NCBI GenBank assembly: GCA_951406725.2
Contig: OX597815.1
Coordinates: 162,192,001 to 162,256,000 of the forward strand
DNA length: 64,000 bases
From: Octopus vulgaris
Lineage: Eukaryota
Direction of reading: 5' to 3'
A program made the translations under genes and the position numbers. A model generated the notes under the pieces. That model saw only the letters and a program-made list of their open reading frames with translations. It was not told where the DNA came from and did not search any database. Below, piece by piece: positions 35,049 through 49,190 of the stretch (the stretch's first letter is position 1; each line of letters opens with the position of its first letter).

Positions 35049-35174
35049 ATGGCCGCGTTGGAGGAAAGACAACAATATGGATTGTCTTCCCGCAATGAAG
35101 GCGACAAAACAATCATTCATTTGAAACTTACTGATTCTGCTTTAAAAACACTTGAGGAGTATGCAAGAAATAAG
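35049..35174 (+). CDS. ELL: RNA polymerase II elongation factor ELL/ELL2 homologue, first coding exon (42 codons)
   Basis: MAALEERQQYGLSSRNEGDKTIIHLKLTDSALKTLEEYARNK matches the ELL N-terminus as I recall it (human MAALKEDRSYGLSC...FHVKLTDSALRAFESY). Phase-0 donor AAG|GTAAGA at 35174/35175. Downstream exons not identified in the window. Confidence 0.88.
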
Positions 35175-35664
35175 GTAAGAAGAAGGGTCTTGACTCTGTT
35201 ATATCCCATATTTTATTCCGTTACATACATTTTAGTATCAAACGAGGTAGATGATGAAGTAACGGTGGTGGTAGGGGTATAACACTCCATCACATTTCAT
35301 TGAATTGACAGATTCTTGGTTCGAATTCATGGAATGTCTTTTTGTTTCCCCTTTTTTTTTAACAAAAAAAAAAAAAAACTACCTTAGTCTGTAGGTTTTA
35401 ACTTGTTTTTGAAAACATTAGTGAGAGAGGTTACTTGCTTTAACTTTTTTTCCTTTTCTTTAAGTTTTTTTTTGACGCAGCGCTATAAAATGAACTAAAT
35501 AACGAAAATATTCTCTTACTAGTTTCACGAAAAGTTCGAACATTTTCTTTTATAAATTATAAGTGGTATTGTACAAAGAAAGTTTTACTAATTTAAGTTT
35601 GAATATAAGTTGAGCGATATATATATACCATATAGTACCATATATATACATGTACAATATAGTA

Positions 35665-35701
<37 letters not shown>

Positions 35702-38700
35702 ATTTCTAATATCAGATACTGTTTCTAGGAAGTTCAATATAATCTTATTAACAGTATTAATAACTGATATATTGAACACAGTTTTGTTTTCTCGATTCTT
35801 CGAGACTCGTAAGAAAACAGCTGGTTAGTAGACGACGACTTAAAAAAGTTTTATCCTTTAGTTATCAGACTCATTGAATATATAAAACTTGTAATTTATT
35901 TTTGCTGTACACTTCCATGTATTTGAGTTTTTATATATTTATTTATTTTATTTAATGGATATTACACCATCATCGATCGAGGACTTCGATGGATAGATTA
36001 TACATCACAGACGTTATGCAGTAAAGCTTACGAGTCTCACACACTGTTGATTTAAATGTATCAATCCTCTTAGATAATTCACTAATCTTTTTAAAAAGTG
36101 GCTATATTAAATAAAGCTGGTGGGGGAAGAAAAAAAAAACTATGTGCGTAATCATTTAATTGTAAGTGCTGATGATAAACTTGAGGGAAATTCACTGTAA
36201 ATACTGAGTTGGAACGAGGTTGTATGTAGACTTCTTGTCTATTTGGTATCTAAATAAGGTTATCTTGTATTTCGAACTGCGGTAAATTGTAAATCATCAG
36301 TGAATGAAATATTCTTATTAATTGAACGAGCAAGTTAAAACCTTCATCTACAATCTGATCATTTCTGACGAACGACTGAACATATTTTGGGAGCAATTTT
36401 TCTTCTCTTTATTTTATCAGTTTAATCAATGGGAGTCTTAAAAAATGTGATCGAGTTACTTGTCCATTATTACTGTTTATGCTTATGGTTCGCTTCAATT
36501 CTCACTGAAGAGTTTGAAGTACAACAATGAAAAGAAAAAAAAAAAAAAAAAGCCAGCTAGTGTGTTCGTGTCAGCTTCTTGTCTTGCCTGCCCTGTTACC
36601 TTGTAATTTTCTAGGACTACTAGTAATTTCCCTTTCAAGATAACACTCATGAAAAGCCAGTGGTACACTGTGGGTAGCCATATTTAAGACTACCCAAGAT
36701 GCTCTTTTGTTCTCTCACTGTCTCTTACTCTGTCTTTCTTTCGCTACTATTTGTCATCAGATGGTGTTGCTCGCTACTTTGCTGAGCTACCCCCAATGGT
36801 TGTTTGTTATATTAGTATCCTGTGTAATGTGTCCCGCAGTCTTCCTTCCATATCCTTTTTATTCTTCTTGGAGGGCATTTTGACAAATCTTTGTCAAAGT
36901 TGGCCAGATTTTCTTCATGGCAGTGTATATTAAAACTACACAGCTGCTTGTTTTATTAAAAAAAAAGACCACTCAGAAGTTAAAATTCGTAAAATCTAAC
37001 CGAATATATATATTCTTTAGTAAAACTAATTGAGAGGGCACGGATTGGAGTTGGTATTCTGTAGTGCTTCGTCAACAATAGCTGTAGGCCATGTTAACTT
37101 TCTCAAACATATGGAGTGATTGTGTTGGAGACCTAAGTGTCGTGTAAGCCGGCAATTCTCTCTAACATTTTTACCGTTATGTAGCTATAGGTAAATCTGG
37201 ACGTGTATGTATATATACATGTGTCCTCTGACCGCGATAATTACAGCCTTTATATATATATATATATATATGTATAAAAAGTTTTTTTCTTCTTCTTGAT
37301 ATCCGATGTGGTGGGTGGTTGTGAGGAATGACAGATCTTAACGCTTTATCAGTTGACACGATTTAGGATTTTAGCCACTCGAAAGGAACATCGGAGAAAA
37401 AAATTTACAGAATGTATAAAGGACATTGTTATTCGGCTATATATATATATATGAATATATATATATATATATGGTGATTTTTTTTTTTTGTTTCGTCTTT
37501 TTCTCAATTCGACTACAGTGCAATGTTTTTTTGCCTGTTGGTATCGTATGAAAGTTGGCAGGAAGGAATGTGTTCAAATTAGGAGTTGTCTGCGTGCCAC
37601 ACTGCTGGTAGTTGTCTGTAATGTTGTAATAGCAGTAGTAGTAAGTACTTCGTTCCAGCAAGTCAGCTACTAAACACTAACAAAATAACTATATTTAGTG
37701 CCCCCCCCCCCACTTTTCCCAATCAAGGCCAGGTTTTTACCATTTTCATAGAACGAACAGATATTATTATTTGTGTGGTTGTTTTCTGTTCAATTTATAT
37801 TTCAACTAAGTTTTTCATTAGCTGTTAATTGATGATGAATCACAATAATAATAATAATAAAATTCTTCCACCGTCCTTATGGTTCTTTACCTGTCACATT
37901 TCCCTTTCGTTTTGTGTGTGTGGATTGTTTGACTGAAAGCAAAAGTGGAAGAAGGATCGGCTATTAGGATTCTTAGTTCTCCACCCCCCTCCTTGGTTTC
38001 AGTTGCTTTCTAAAATGTCTCTAGGTTGCTCTTGGTTGGTTCTCTCCTGCTTCTCCTGGTGGCGGCTATCCGTTGTTACACTGTCTTGGGTATTTCCATC
38101 CCAGTCATTTCCTATAACATCTGGTTAGGTTTTTTGTCTATCCGACATTACTGACATATAACCTGTTCTCGATGCTTCCTTAGCCTTAAAAAATTTTTTT
38201 GGTTTTATTCCAAACCTGCTGATTCGCTTGTTTAATCTTTTTCTCTATTTCTTGAAGTTTTTCTCGGACATATACGAGGAGTCTTCATTGGTTTTTATTT
38301 TTTTAATTTTTTTTCGTCATAGAGCTTTTATCCTCGATTGTGAATCAGTGTACACTCAGAGAAACTGCGACTATGCCTATGTTTAGGAACAATTATCATA
38401 CGCAGATGTTTTGGTAGATTTAAAACATGTTTCAATAACTGTCGTACCCAGTTTGTCTAAAAACCAGATACGGGAAATTCTTTTTCGAGAAGCGGTCCTC
38501 GTGAGACATGGCTCATCATCAATCAGGGTGGCCACACTACTAAACAATTTCAAAGTAGTTTTTTCGTTAGGCGTGCCATTTAGCAGATTGCCCACGGCTG
38601 GCCTTATACTGTGTGAGCTAATACTATTATTGATGTTTTCTGTTGCTGCTAACGGTCAGTTTGACCGGCCTCTCGAGTATTTATCAGCATTGCAATGTAC

Positions 38701-39349
38701 TTTCCAGCCCGTGATGTCGGTCAGCGACTCCCCTGTTCGATTTCCCTGTTAACTTTTTTTCCCAGGGAAATTCTGAGAGACTTAACTATTTCGGTTAGCA
38801 CCCTATTCCGCTCAGTTTGAACTCAGTTTAGCGAGTCTGTTATGCGTTGTTGGAACAGACGTTTCGACTTGTTGTTAGAAACAACAGTGTAAATTTCGCC
38901 CGCAACACACTCCTTCGTAAAAAAGGCCAAAAAGAAAAAAACCCACCCCACTTATTGGAAATTGTAACCTTAGAAATAAGTAATAAAAGATACGGGATAG
39001 TTTCCTAACAACGGCAAATAACTGATCATATCGCCGCTTGTTCGGAAGCTGATCAGAGGGTAAATAACAACTGTTGTTGGTCATTAAATCTATTCATTCC
39101 TCAGTTAAACAGCATGTTAACCTAATGTCACTCGATATATGCGATCAATATTCATAATCTCCTTTTATTGTCTTTTTTTTTCTCTCGAAAAGATAACTGG
39201 TTTCAGTTGAAATAAGTTATCTGTATGTAGTGTAATCATGTTTATTAATTGTAGTTCATATAATTATCACTTCAGTCTTTTAATTTTTTTTTTTTGCATT
39301 ATATGGAAACAAACGTTTCTCTCCTAATTGTTTAGTCTTAATCTAGAAG

Positions 39350-39444
39350 ACATACGTGTGTGTGTATACAGTGTGTACACACATATATATATAGTGTGTG
39401 TACATATGTATATGTGTATAATGTACATATGTATGTAATATGTG

Positions 39445-39485
<41 letters not shown>

Positions 39486-39875
39486 TACATATGTATATAA
39501 TGTATATGTATATATATATATAGTGTGTACATGTGTGTGTGTATATATAGTGTACGTGTGTGTGTATATATATATAGTGTACATATGTATGTATATATAT
39601 ATATATAGTGTACATATGTATGTATATATATATATATAGTGTACATATGTATGTATATATATAGTGTACATATGTATGTGTATATATATATAGTGTGTAC
39701 ATGTACATGTGTATGTATATATATAGTGTACACATGTGTATGTATATATATAGTGTGTACATGTGTATGTATATATATAGTGTACACATGTATATAATGT
39801 ATGTGTATATATATATAATGTATGTGTATATATATATATATATATATAGTGTGTACATATGTATATGTATATACT
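39350..39875. repeat. Purine-pyrimidine minisatellite, unit about TATAGTGTACATATGTATGTA(TA)n
   Basis: Repeated TAGTGTACA anchors separated by variable (TA)/(TG) runs. Confidence 0.9.
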
Positions 39876-42476
39876 TAACACATTGTATAAGAAACAATGC
39901 TGACGAGTTTCTGGCGAAATTAGAATACTGGTTAACATTTACGTTTAAGTTCAAATCCCAGAAGTACTTATGGAGTCAACGGGGTTTTCCTGTACGTGGT
40001 AAAAATAGCATCTCCCTCAAATCACACCCTTATCGTCTTAAAAGGAAGGACACATTGGATAATGTAGTAGGTATTCGGTGCATCGTCTTACCACAAAAAT
40101 ACGGTATTGTCTCGTCCCGAAGGTTTTTTTCTAAGTCAGTATCAATGAAGTGCCTTCTTGGGGTCGATTTCACCCCATCCCTCCTAATATGTGACCTTGT
40201 GTCAATGTAAGAAGTTATGTTTATTAATGTAAGGAATTCCAACAATCAATGTATCATATCCTTTCGCAATATGCAGGGTTATCTCCAAATATGGTACTTA
40301 TATCATCAGTATAACGTGCCAATGACTCTAGGAGTGGTTCTCTTGTTTATATATCTAGAATTTACAGCAGGTTTTACAACAGCTTTTAATTTTATTCTTT
40401 AATAATACTGACTTCAATTTTTTTTCATGCAGTTTACTCTTAATTTGCACTTTATATTTTAACACTTGTGATAACGCTGAGGTCTGTTCATTTCTGATCG
40501 AGTAGAGACTATGTTATTTAGTACTAAATATATTAAGTCTACACTATGTAATAATAGTAGGTCCTTCCTTTTTTTTTTTTAGGATATGACTTCTATTTCT
40601 AGTATATTAAAACGTCCACGTACATGTTTCCCCTCGTCTTTTATGCTGGTTCTTATAGTGAACAGAGAGTTTTGTTTTCCTCGTTTAAAATACCATATTG
40701 ACACAAACAGCATCAGCTGGATGTTCTTCAATCGTGAATACTCTTTCCAAATTAACTGGGATTTTTTTCTGCCTGAACTTTGTGTTTTTGATGTTTGGAA
40801 TACACACACATATATAAATAGATATACACAATTTGAAGGACTAAAATTCATGTAAATTGCAATTCTATTATATATATATATACACACATACACATCTAAG
40901 AAGAAAAGGGGGTAAAATAATACATTAAAAAATATGTGGATGTTCGAGGATAATTATAGTTTTATTTCAGCTGTATATTCGATATAGAATTAGTGGGTTT
41001 TGGACTTATTTCATTTGAATTTCGTATGAGAATTAAGGGAAAACACATCGACATCGTTGTTTACTGTTTTGTTACTACCCCACTTTTATATAATATTCAA
41101 CGATTTCCCGCCTTTTTAATCGTTTACCTTTTTTTTGTCTGGTAAAAAAAGGATTGCTAAGTGATTCTGCCCTTAGGGAGAGGGATCTGAATTTCTTGAG
41201 TTTTTTTGCATCATAACTTTTATTAGATATATTGTATTCATTTTGCCAGAAATGTGTATTTTATTCAGTGTTATTTGGCAGTTAACGCAACCCCCATTGT
41301 TAGTTGATTGAATAGTGTGACATAAAGATGGCAGGCAGTCTGTGTTTACTGTCATTTGTGAATTGGGTCATCTTTGAAAAAACAAAACAACTAATTACAT
41401 TTTTGGCACCCCACCGCATACACAACTCCTCTGTCCTCGGCATTAACATTTTTTCTGTATATTATATAAAAATTCAGTCTGACATTAGCTGTTGTTCGTC
41501 ATCATCTTAACGTTTTGAGTTCAAATTCCACCGAGGTCGACATTGGCTTTCAACCTTTCAGGGATCGATGAAATAAGTACCAGCTCAGAACTGGTGTCGA
41601 TGTAATCGTCTTATCCCTTTCCTAAAATTTCGGGCCTTGTGCCTGAATTATTTGCTATTGGCTTTTAGAGGTAAAGATGGATTAATGCTTCGTTTTTGTT
41701 TTCGCTATCAGGCGTTGCGTTCTTTTGTTTTGGATATTATCTTCCTAGTTTCAACCGTTATGAATCAGTTGGCCAAGGCCGTCATCGAAGGAGCTTACAT
41801 TATAAAGGAAAATACAGAACACTGAGTTTAGCTTTAAGGTCTCAATACAAATGCTTAAATGTTCGTAAACAGAAATTTCTGGTGTGTGTGTGTATTTATT
41901 TATACACGCATGCATTACAGACCATGAATGAACAAAGCGAGAAACTCGGAGTATCGACTTCGTGAATCGTTAACTTCGAAGATAGGATGAAAGAACTCTA
42001 TATGTATTGAGTGCTCTTATCTCCGTTTATATATATATATATATATATATTCATCTCCATTTGTATGTATGTGTGTGTGTATAGTTTTATTTAAGGTATA
42101 AATATTACTTTATTTGACTATCAGGAACGTCACGAAAACAATCTCCCTTACCGACTCTTATGGAAAATTTTATGACATTTCTTGTCAATGGTGAGACTAT
42201 AATTCCAAAAATGATTCTAATTAGTTTGGTCTTGGAATAACCGACCTGTAATTTGAGAGTGTGCTGAATTAAAACTAGTGTTTTGCATTGTTTCTTATAT
42301 TTACAAGTTTCTCTACTTGCGTCACACTGAATGAATGACATCGACCTGTCTCCCCCCCCCGACCTCCGATTCCGTGTTTGGAATTGTGTTTGCACCCTGA
42401 TGAAAAATCTTCTGCATTTTGGCAGCAAGGCATTAAAGTCACAAACTTCTTGTTGCTATGTATCTCTTCTGTCTTG

Positions 42477-42522
<46 letters not shown>

Positions 42523-45500
42523 TTGCTGCTGGCGTTAAATGTAAATGACTTTTAAGTACGAATAACTGTTGTAAACCACCGGATGAATATATTTCCTCCT
42601 CTCTGCAACTGTCAGCCATACATATATATATACACCACCACGCACACAAGGCTTTGTTTACATGAAGCTGCTGCTAAAAGCTAGAATTCTGTCTTGCAAG
42701 CTTAGCCAGCCAGCCAGCCAACCTGCCTGCCTGCCACCTTGTATGTACGTGTGTATGTTTTTGTAGGTGATTTCGGCACAGCCCCAATTTGGTGTGTGTA
42801 TGCTTTGCATGCATCCTTAGAATCTGTAGGTTGCGGAGAGATTAGGGTAGCATTGTTCATTCAGTGCCAGGTCGGCGCTGTTTACTCTATGGTCGAACAG
42901 GTTCCAATCGTTACCGTCCTCCTCCCCCCACCCTCTAATTTTCATACTTGTTAGTTGGTGTCTTGGACTAGATTATTTTCATGTATCCTTCCTTTTTCGA
43001 AGATGATAAGGATCAGATTTAAAGGGAATTTGCCTGCTACTTCTTATTGGTATGACAAAAACATACATACACGTCCATTCGTTATTGGTTTGTTTTCTGT
43101 AGGTGGCCATGACGCTAGAGAAAAGCGTTTTTTTCTGTATTATTTTGATAAACGGACGATTTTTTTTTTTTTATTTATCATTGATTTTGTAACATAGGAG
43201 TTATTAAACAAATCTATCAAATCCAACTTTTTCTTGTTGAGCCCTCGCTATCCTTTCTTCTTTTTGCACTTACATTCTCGTATTTTCTATATCTCAATAT
43301 AAACTTAGTCTAATTAGTTTTCCCTAAAGTCCAAAGCTTTCTTGGGGATTATCTGGAAACGGGTATTTTTTTCAAAATTCTTTTTAGAGACAATTGACAA
43401 CAATAAATCCACTTAAAATGGAAGGAACTGTGTATGTATATAATTGTTTTTATGTCAGGTTATAATAAAATTAATGTTATGTTAAAATGAAGGATTACTT
43501 AGTACTTCTTTTAGAGTACATAAAAATAAAGTTGACGGTGACTTCGGAGTTTCGGCCTGCGTTAGCCCGAGGCCTGTCCGATGAAAGAAGCTAAGCGTGC
43601 AGAAACTTCGAAGTCACTATCGATACAATTCTTGTTAAATATTTTTTTAAATCTTTTACTTGTTTTAGTAATTAGACTGTGGCCATGCTGGAAGACCGCC
43701 TTGAATTTTTGTCGAACGAATTATAATATGAAGGTGGTGCTCCAGCGTGGCCGCGGTCTAATGACTGACTCTTTTAATCAATTGATTCATTTAGTACTGC
43801 GCATAAACGTTTGTTTTTATTCTTCGGTCAGTGAGAGAAGCTCCGCGAGATTTATTTTGACTGGGAAATGGGATGGACTTGCGGAGTGAAGTTGTTCTGC
43901 CGTCAGAGTTTATTTGGTAAATTTTTAAACAACAAACAAACTGCCTCTCTTAGATGTTGAGACGGCAGAGATTTCAGCTCTAGTACATTCTTTTGGAACT
44001 TTTTAATATTGTTAGTAGTTAACTTCGAAGTTAGTATTAACAAGTTTTTTTTTTTTTTAGAGAATCTAGCTTTTCTTCCAGTTTTCATTGTTTTAAACTG
44101 TTTAATGTCGAAGCGTGGAAATTGGAAAGATAAACTGCTACAATATTTATTTTAGTGTTTATTTCTTTATATATATATATATATATCTTTTAATGCTTTC
44201 ACTGCGAAATTAAATTTCATGGTTATTCCAATAATGATGTTTTATGAAAAAAAGTAAATTAGAATTGCTTATTATTTGCAAGTCACGGTGCTTCTATAAT
44301 CTCGATATATCTCAACAGAAAAGTAGGTTGATATATAAAACTACTTTCCACAGTTAAAGTTAATGAAATTTTGTGTAGATATATATCTGCTTTCTGTAGT
44401 AAAAGGGTTATATTATTTTTAAAAAAAATTGTTCCCACCACCACATGATTCAGAGTTAATGCTCATTGTGTGGTACCCCTGAAGCAAATATCTGCTGTTA
44501 CCCCGGGCCGATCAAAGCCTTGTGAGTGGATTTGGTAGACGGAAACTGAAAGAAGCCCGTCGTGCCTGTGTGTGTGTGTGTATGTTCCTTCCTGTCAGCA
44601 CTCGACAACTAGTATTAGTTTATATTCCCGCAGTTCAGCAAAATGAGTACAACAGAACAAGAATCAAGCTTTTAAAAAAAAATAAGTACTGCGGTCTATT
44701 CGTTCGACTAAGCCTTCGAGGCAGTGCACCCGCAGTCCAATGACTGGAACATGTAAGAGATAGATAAAAAAGGTAGAGAGGAAAACTATTTAGCTGTTTA
44801 AAGAAATTCTCTCCCCTAGATTTGCTTTGTATTTATATTTCAAACAGAGAACAACATTTCTGACGTTTTGTGGTTGGGTCATATATGAATGAACGAAGTT
44901 GAGGAAAATGACATTTGTGCGTGTCGAGATGAACTTTCAGAAAGACCGAAAGATCTATTGTGCTCATAGATTATTTTTGCAACGAATTGATGTGTTGGGG
45001 GTCATCGAAGAACATGGTTGGTTCCTCAGATGTTTTGTGTTAGAAATAAAACTTCTGAAAGTTCTTTTCGTTCTAGGTTTGGATGTAAAAATCCAGCAAT
45101 TTATTAGGGAAATATACACATAGTTAGTTATATGATGCATGCCTTATTATTGTGTGTATATGGCGAATGCGTCGAATCCGCATATACTTTACTGTGTTTA
45201 TAACATATACATACGAATTTTTATCTGTCTTTTTACCTGTTTCAGTCACTGGACTGCGGTTATGCTGGAGCAGTACGTATCAATTATCGCTATGCCAAAA
45301 AAGGGCTGCAAAATTACTCTTATTATTAACGGAATACATTATTTCATCACACATAATGTACTCTTCTATACCATTCATTATTTTTTTTACTCATTTGCGT
45401 GAGTTGATAATGATGATTTCTGGTTTTCGAGACCATGCTTGCTGCACGTTTTATCAACGTTGTTCTATCATCAGTCCTAATTAATTTTATACCACTGCAT

Positions 45501-47589
45501 GCTTCATGGAGTTGAGGATTTTATGAGAAATTGTTGGCTTGCCAGTAAAATGTATTTAACTAGCAAGTGAGAAAGTCATGTCTGTTAGAGAGCCTGTAGT
45601 GTTAAATTGAACATTACAACTACACAACCTGACGTACTTGACGTTCTTACGTGAGTGTGCCTGTTGATCTTGCCAGCTTACTCCCAACTTTTCTCGCCTT
45701 TATTGGAGATTTAATAACACAGTTGTTGTAGTGGTTTTAACCCCAGGCCGGCCCTGATCGAGCAGGCATTCCGTTCGTGACCTTTATTCAGACTTATCTC
45801 TATCTGCTTCATCCTCTCTTATTTATATATTCATTTATTTTTTTTTTGTAAGAGGCCTGACTGATATTTGGCTGCTAGATTTTGTATCAGCAGGAGAAAG
45901 AAATGTTCTCTTTCAACCCTAATCCATTTCAACCACTTTTCAAAATGATGATGGCTTGCTGCAGTTTACATAGCTCGAGTAATTTTATTTTACAACAGTT
46001 GAATTCTATGAGACTAATTCGAGATACGGCGAATATTATTATTAAACCTGTTTCTTTGCTCTGATAGCTTTGCATTAAAAACTTGTTCAATTAAGTCATG
46101 CTGACACATATGTCTAGTGTTGATCAAAAGTTGCAAAGTTTACATTTGTTCATTTCACTAGTTTTGCCTGGTACCAGCTTAAAGGTTGGTTCGTTGGTTA
46201 ATGGTACTGTAAAAATATTAGTGAGGGCAAGTGAAACTTAAAAAAAAAAAAAAAATTTTAACCTTTTGTTTCAGTTTCTGTTGCATCTACTTTTGAAATA
46301 TCTTAATATTTCTGTAGCATAAGCTTTCACCTTTTAAGTATTTTCTTGTTGGTTGTGATTGTAGCTCATTGGTGAATATTGATCTCCGCAAGTGAAACTG
46401 AAGACTAACTTTCTAAGAAATTGTTCACACATTCTGCCTAAATTAATTTGCGTACGTGTTACTTCAGAAAAATGCTTATCTAAATGCTTGTTTTATTAGA
46501 ATGTCAAATTTATACGAGCAGGATTTTATTATATGTATGGTATTTTATATTGTAGGATTAGGAGTCTCTGCCCATTTATTTAGTAATTCATTTATAAAAA
46601 TTTTATACGCTGGACTTGTTTTCTCGCACTTGGAAACTTTTTTTCTGTCAGTCTTAAAGCTTATATAGTTACAGCTAGCTCCCTAAACATCGCATTTATA
46701 ATGGGGGCTGGTGGCAGAATCTCGTTCATGTTGAGGTGATGTGTAAGTAAATATTAATGAGAATTGGTGTAAGTATCTTACGGATGACTTTCTTCGCTTT
46801 GTAGACTGGGCTAATGTAACACTAGACCATGAATGCTCTCCCCTCTCTGTCCACCATATGGTGGTGATTCCTTGACAAGTTCACATACTGTTGGGTATAT
46901 CACGTACTTTCTTGACATCTTTCGCAATAACCCCGATATCATATGAACCAGATATTTTAAATTTCTAGTTGAAAAGCAGCTCTGTAAAGTAAGCATTATC
47001 GACGTCACATGTTTAATGTGTGTTAAATGCTTTCTTTGGCTGCAACATTCTGTCCAGGGAAAATTCTTTTAGCGATATAGTGTGTTCAAAGCCAGACGAA
47101 ATGAATTGCTCTGGAGGTGAACAAGAACGACAAATATCGATATTTCACTGTTATTTCAACTCATCTGAGTCATGTACTCGATTCGCCTCCAAGACGAATT
47201 TCGATTGTTAGCCCAAAACAATATTGATGTCAAATATTTAACTCTTTTTGCATTCAGATTACTCTATCAAATGTAATGCTTATTTATTCACATTGTATTG
47301 AATCAGTCACACACTATCTCGTGGCTTCAAAATTTTTATGTGATTGTATATTTTTAGAATGACATTGCCGAATAAGTGCGAGAGGCCAGATCTGGCCAGT
47401 TTTGACATAAAACAATTTGGAATATTAGGGCCAGGTATGGCTGGTTTAAATGCTGACGGACTAATGTGCGTTATTAACTGCTTTTTGGCTGTAATATTTT
47501 CACCCAGGGAAAAACAGTAATCCTTTTAAGCCAGGCAGGCAAAATAGTTGAATAATATCATGTACATAAATAAAAAGGCATTTCTGGCA

Positions 47590-49190
47590 ACGAAGGCATA
47601 ATGCAGTAAGGTAGATGCTGTATTGAAATTTTCTATATGTATTTGAACTTCAGAGTACAATTTTGAGCTCAATGGGAAATCAGTCTGCTATATTTACCTT
47701 GGAAAATTTGCTGTGAAGAAAGTGGAAAATATCAGGCAGTATTACAAGGTCCACCATAATGGAAATTTTTACAAGGATAGGTAAAGCTTAGTGATTGAAA
47801 ACTAACATAAGGCTTTTTTTTTTTTTGTTCAAGCAAAGCATTGACATGCAAAAAATATTTTATCATTTATGACTCTCAAAAAGTATTTCAGAAATGAAGA
47901 AGCCTTTCAACAGGTGTAGAGTTTGTCTAAAAATGTTTGCTAGTAATGGTGAATTTGTCCTGAAAAGAAATCTTTATTTTGCATCTTATCAGCCTATCTG
48001 CAGAAATGACCTGACAAGTTAAAATGTCAGATGTTTTAACTTGTTTAAGTGATGCTTACAACAAATTGCTGTTTTATCTTTAGCTTCTGCTTAATGAGAG
48101 CGTAGACTTTAGAGACCTTGCTCAACTTGGTGTTTTGGTGTGGGTATTGAATTCCTATCTCGAGTAGTTGATAGAGCATATTTTTGAAGTTTTCTTGAGA
48201 ATGGAGTTAGATGAAACTGCTGAAGCTAATTGACACTACAGCTGTTGGGCCAGAATAAAAATCATTACATTGCTGTAAGGTTAACTGGAAAGCTTCAAAA
48301 TCACAGAAACTGATTAAAATCCATTGCATTATGTGGCCAAGTGTTACAAATTGGAATATACTATGGGCATTGTGAATCTAGTCCTGTTTCATGAAGTAAG
48401 TCATTGTCATTTTCAGCAGTTATTGTTCAATACAGAAGCTGAATGTGGAGATCTGGATTATTTCAGCAATGTAGGCTGGCTTAGCTGAAGGTCAATACTG
48501 GATAGAGTATTTGTATTTCATGATAAGATAGCAATATTCCATCAAAGCAAAAATTTTATCGTGATTCTGATTGGCTTGCAACCTTGGCATTTTTTATGGC
48601 ATCTTATTTAAATACCTTGATACAAATTGAAGGGTGGGGGTAGGGGGGAGATCAGCTGAGACATAGAAAGTAAGGTCATAGTGTTTTGTTTGAAAGAGAA
48701 CTACAATTGTTGGAATACCAACTTCAAAAAGGAAATTGTACACATTCTACTATTTAACAAAAAGAAGAAAAAAAAAAGATCAAAAGCATTTTCTGAATTT
48801 GGTCCAAGAATGACGGAAAGTTTTCATCTTACTTTGGTTGGTTTTTCACTTGCATGCAAATGAGCTGCTGTTTGGTGCCATTATTTGAAGTGGATGTGGA
48901 CACTGCATTGGAAAAAATATCAAAAAGAATTGATTGAAATGCAGTATGATGACATACTAAAATAGAAATTTCATTCTGAATGTGTCTACTTGAATCGTGT
49001 AGAAAATATATTCATTCAAGTGAGAAGAATCATTTCTTATTTGAACATTTATCTTGTAAGGGCAATTATTTTTTTAAAAAATGAGGCACGCCAAGGTCTA
49101 TTTAAGATACCCATCTGGATAATGTCTTCATGTTGACATAAAGTTTGATACTCAATATTGAGCTTTTGTGCAACATACTGCATCAGTTTT
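47590..49190 (+). mobile_element. Highly decayed hAT (SPIN/Charlie, EPM2AIP1/GTF2IRD2-like) transposase remnant
   Basis: Fragments in the expected order: KVDA.., ELNGKSVC.., AVKKVENIRQYY..H, KKPF..EFV..CLL, ICPEK.., ISLSA, LNESVDFRDLAQL, IHCI, NVGWLS*, LAF. Many stops and frameshifts; TIRs not found. Confidence 0.7.

Noticed and set aside
35175-35282. Extension of the ELL ORF to 77 aa as in the ORF track
   Set aside because: Similarity ends at a strong GTAAGA donor, so the remainder is intron read-through. Exon 2 was looked for by eye and not found.
357-40210. Many ORFs rich in HT/YI/CV repeats (e.g. 7758-8225, 33773-34188, 39324-40210)
   Set aside because: They are translations of (CA)n, (TA)n and (TACA)n microsatellites, not genes.
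42662-42746. Possible alternative ELL first exon (ATGAAGCTGCTG...CCTT|GTATGT)
   Set aside because: Low-complexity peptide, weak donor, and phase 1 versus phase 0 for exon 1.
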